Shown: one piece after another, positions 62,323 through 64,000 of the stretch
Layout: each line of letters opens with the position of its first letter
How positions within the stretch are numbered: the first letter of the stretch is position 1
IMG/VR virus record: IMGVR_UViG_3300027784_000004
DNA: 64,000 nt
Reading direction: 5' to 3' (one strand)
DNA from: a virus
Notes under the pieces: model-generated
Told to the model about the DNA's origin: nothing
Database searches by the model: none
The model's input: only the letters and a program-made list of their open reading frames with translations
Program-made: the position numbers and the translations under genes

Positions 62323-62613
62323 TTAAGCCCTAGCTTTTGTTCTAGTGCAAGTATCATCAAAGCTTTCAACATACCCATCAGGCTTGCTAATGCCATAATG
62401 TTTAGTTATCCAAAAAAACTTACCTTTTCTGATTCTAGCATTGCAATATTTAAATTTACAATCTTTAAAATAGATTCTACCACTTGCAGTAATCTTATCA
62501 ACTTGCTTTAGGCTTGAACCGCCCAAGCCTATTAAGCCAACTTTAAGCTTGCCATTTACCACCATTTTCTCAGCTACTTCTTTTGCAGTAAAACCTAATG
62601 TATTAGTTTTCAT
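62323..62613 (-). CDS. Hypothetical early protein
   Basis: ORF between a repeat promoter and a hairpin. Confidence 0.65.
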   Translation of the reverse strand: MKTNTLGFTAKEVAEKMVVNGKLKVGLIGLGGSSLKQVDKITASGRIYFKDCKFKYCNARIRKGKFFWITKHYGISKPDGYVESFDDTCTRTKARA

Positions 62614-62649
62614 TTATTATCACTCTCTCCAAGTTATTTTTTGTAATTA

Positions 62650-62708
62650 TTATCGTTTCCCTCAACCTCAATATTAGTATATCATACTACTTGTAAGAAA
62701 GTCAATAC
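62650..62708 (-). promoter_or_regulatory. Copy of the repeat promoter
   Basis: TTGACT-18bp-TATACT plus GAGGTTGAGGGAAACGATAA. Confidence 0.9.
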
Positions 62709-62784
62709 ATATTTTATATTTTCTTTTAAAAATAGACAAAAAAAGATGCTATATAAAAACTTACTTATATAACACCCTAAAAAA

Positions 62785-63402
62785 TTATTTAGAAGTTCTT
62801 CTTTGATTCTGTATCATGTTTTTTAAATCTTCTACATTAGTAAAACCCTTTAAAACAACTTCGGTTGCCCCTGTAGCACTAGTTGCAAGGCTTAAGTTAC
62901 CAAAGCCAAAGATTCTTTCTCTTATACCCTGTTTAACCTGTATATTACGAATATCTGAAATAAAAATTTCATCTAAATTTTTTCTAATTATACCAGTTCG
63001 ATATATTACCATATCTTTTTTAATAATAAGTTTATGATTTTTTGCTTTAATAATAGAAGTTATAAATAATATAGTATAAACAAAAGTAATAAAGCCTATG
63101 TTTAAATCACCAACCATAATTAAACCTAATATAAAAAATATAGCCCAATTTACAACAGCATTAATATTAATATGATACCATTTAGGATTGCCTTCATAAA
63201 GTATAGTGTTCTTATCATCAAGCCTTTTGTGTTCATCATAAAACTTAAAAACTTCTTCATCATAAGAATTTCTACTCTTAAGTATATCTCTAATATTTTC
63301 TATTTCGTTTACTTCGTATTTGTGATAATCATTCATAACAATATTTTCTAGTTCATCAATAGTTTTTAAAGAAAATTCATCTTTTTTAGCCAATACATAC
63401 AC
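62785..63402 (-). CDS. Membrane protein with a bacterial PH domain (bPH_2)
   Basis: Two TM helices then IRNIQVKQG..ERIFGFGNL.L.TS. Confidence 0.8.
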   Translation of the reverse strand: MYVLAKKDEFSLKTIDELENIVMNDYHKYEVNEIENIRDILKSRNSYDEEVFKFYDEHKRLDDKNTILYEGNPKWYHININAVVNWAIFFILGLIMVGDLNIGFITFVYTILFITSIIKAKNHKLIIKKDMVIYRTGIIRKNLDEIFISDIRNIQVKQGIRERIFGFGNLSLATSATGATEVVLKGFTNVEDLKNMIQNQRRTSK

Positions 63403-63563
63403 CCCTTTCTATTTGTATTATTAAACTTCTTTTCTTATGTATTTAATTATATTATACTATATGTAAGAAAATCAACACACAATAATTGCCAAATAAAATT
63501 TAGACAATAAAAAAACGCTGTATTATTTAATACAACGCTTATGCTAAATGCAATATTTAAAAA

Positions 63564-63905
63564 TCATTCTTTTGCGCCACTCTTTACTTCTAAAATTTTT
63601 CTCAAATCATAAGCCTGTAAGCATTTAAGACTAAATCCATTCTTATCTTTTGGTATCGCTACACATAAAGAACTAAACTCATGCTTGCCTGTAGGATTAA
63701 CAGCTACTTTTTCTAATGCTAGTTTTATATCTAAATTCTTTTCTATCTCTTTAAAAGTACCGTTATCAAAATCAAAATCAACCTTTTGCCCTAATAACTC
63801 ACCTTTAGGGTAAAATACCAACATGTGCCACCCTTCCATCTGATTGTATAATTTTAAGATACATTCAAATTCCCAATCTATGCCTAGTAGTTCCATCTGC
63901 ATCAA
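63564..63905 (-). CDS. Hypothetical protein
   Basis: ORF followed by a terminator hairpin near 63510-63540. Confidence 0.6.
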   Translation of the reverse strand: MMQMELLGIDWEFECILKLYNQMEGWHMLVFYPKGELLGQKVDFDFDNGTFKEIEKNLDIKLALEKVAVNPTGKHEFSSLCVAIPKDKNGFSLKCLQAYDLRKILEVKSGAKE

Positions 63906-64000
63906 CTCTTTCTATGATTAATTTTTTTTAAATAAAAGCCTAAAAGGTAAAAACATTATCACAAAAGGTAACTTAAATATATTAAAAATGAAAATACCCA

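Larger units (their letters stand above)
1..64000 (-). mobile_element. Tailed phage (siphovirus-like) genome segment, probably a plasmid-like temperate phage of a spore-forming Bacillota host
   Basis: Terminase-portal-head-tail-lysis synteny, tape measure, replication and recombination genes, ParA operon, no integrase seen; both window ends lie in phage early genes. Confidence 0.95.

Noticed and set aside
1-64000. tRNA, rRNA, integrase or transposase genes
   Set aside because: No cloverleaf, rRNA-like or recombinase motifs found by eye

Overview
The whole window is a very AT-rich tailed-phage (siphovirus-like) genome segment from a spore-forming Bacillota host, probably Clostridia. Almost every gene is on the minus strand. 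Read on the minus strand (high to low coordinate) the order is: early promoter-cassette genes, Cro-like HTH, Gam-like protein, SSAP recombinase, a 1.5 kb control region, replication initiator plus DnaC-like loader, about 25 small accessory genes, RusA, a late regulator, ParB-N protein plus B12-type radical SAM enzyme, terminases, portal, MuF, a multidomain prohead protease, scaffold, capsid, neck, tail and baseplate, amidase endolysin, SpoIIID, a SigE/SigK-like sigma factor, a Spo0E-like peptide and more small genes. A single plus-strand operon (XRE repressor, ParA, RHH partner, 2 ORFs) follows, then an array of small genes separated by about 60-90 bp promoter repeats. I saw no integrase, so a plasmid-like prophage is likely. 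Most notable: (1) a five-domain XkdF-type prohead protease fused to an intact-looking rubredoxin/ferritin (rubrerythrin-like) unit and a degenerate uracil-DNA-glycosylase domain; (2) a ParB-N plus cobalamin-type radical SAM pair beside the terminase, a candidate DNA-modification system; (3) a repeat-delimited early gene cassette array; (4) sporulation regulators; (5) a head-closure protein fused to a long repeat stalk and lectin-like domains. Family names come from motif recognition by eye, not database searches. Several short ORFs absent from the ORF track were translated by hand.
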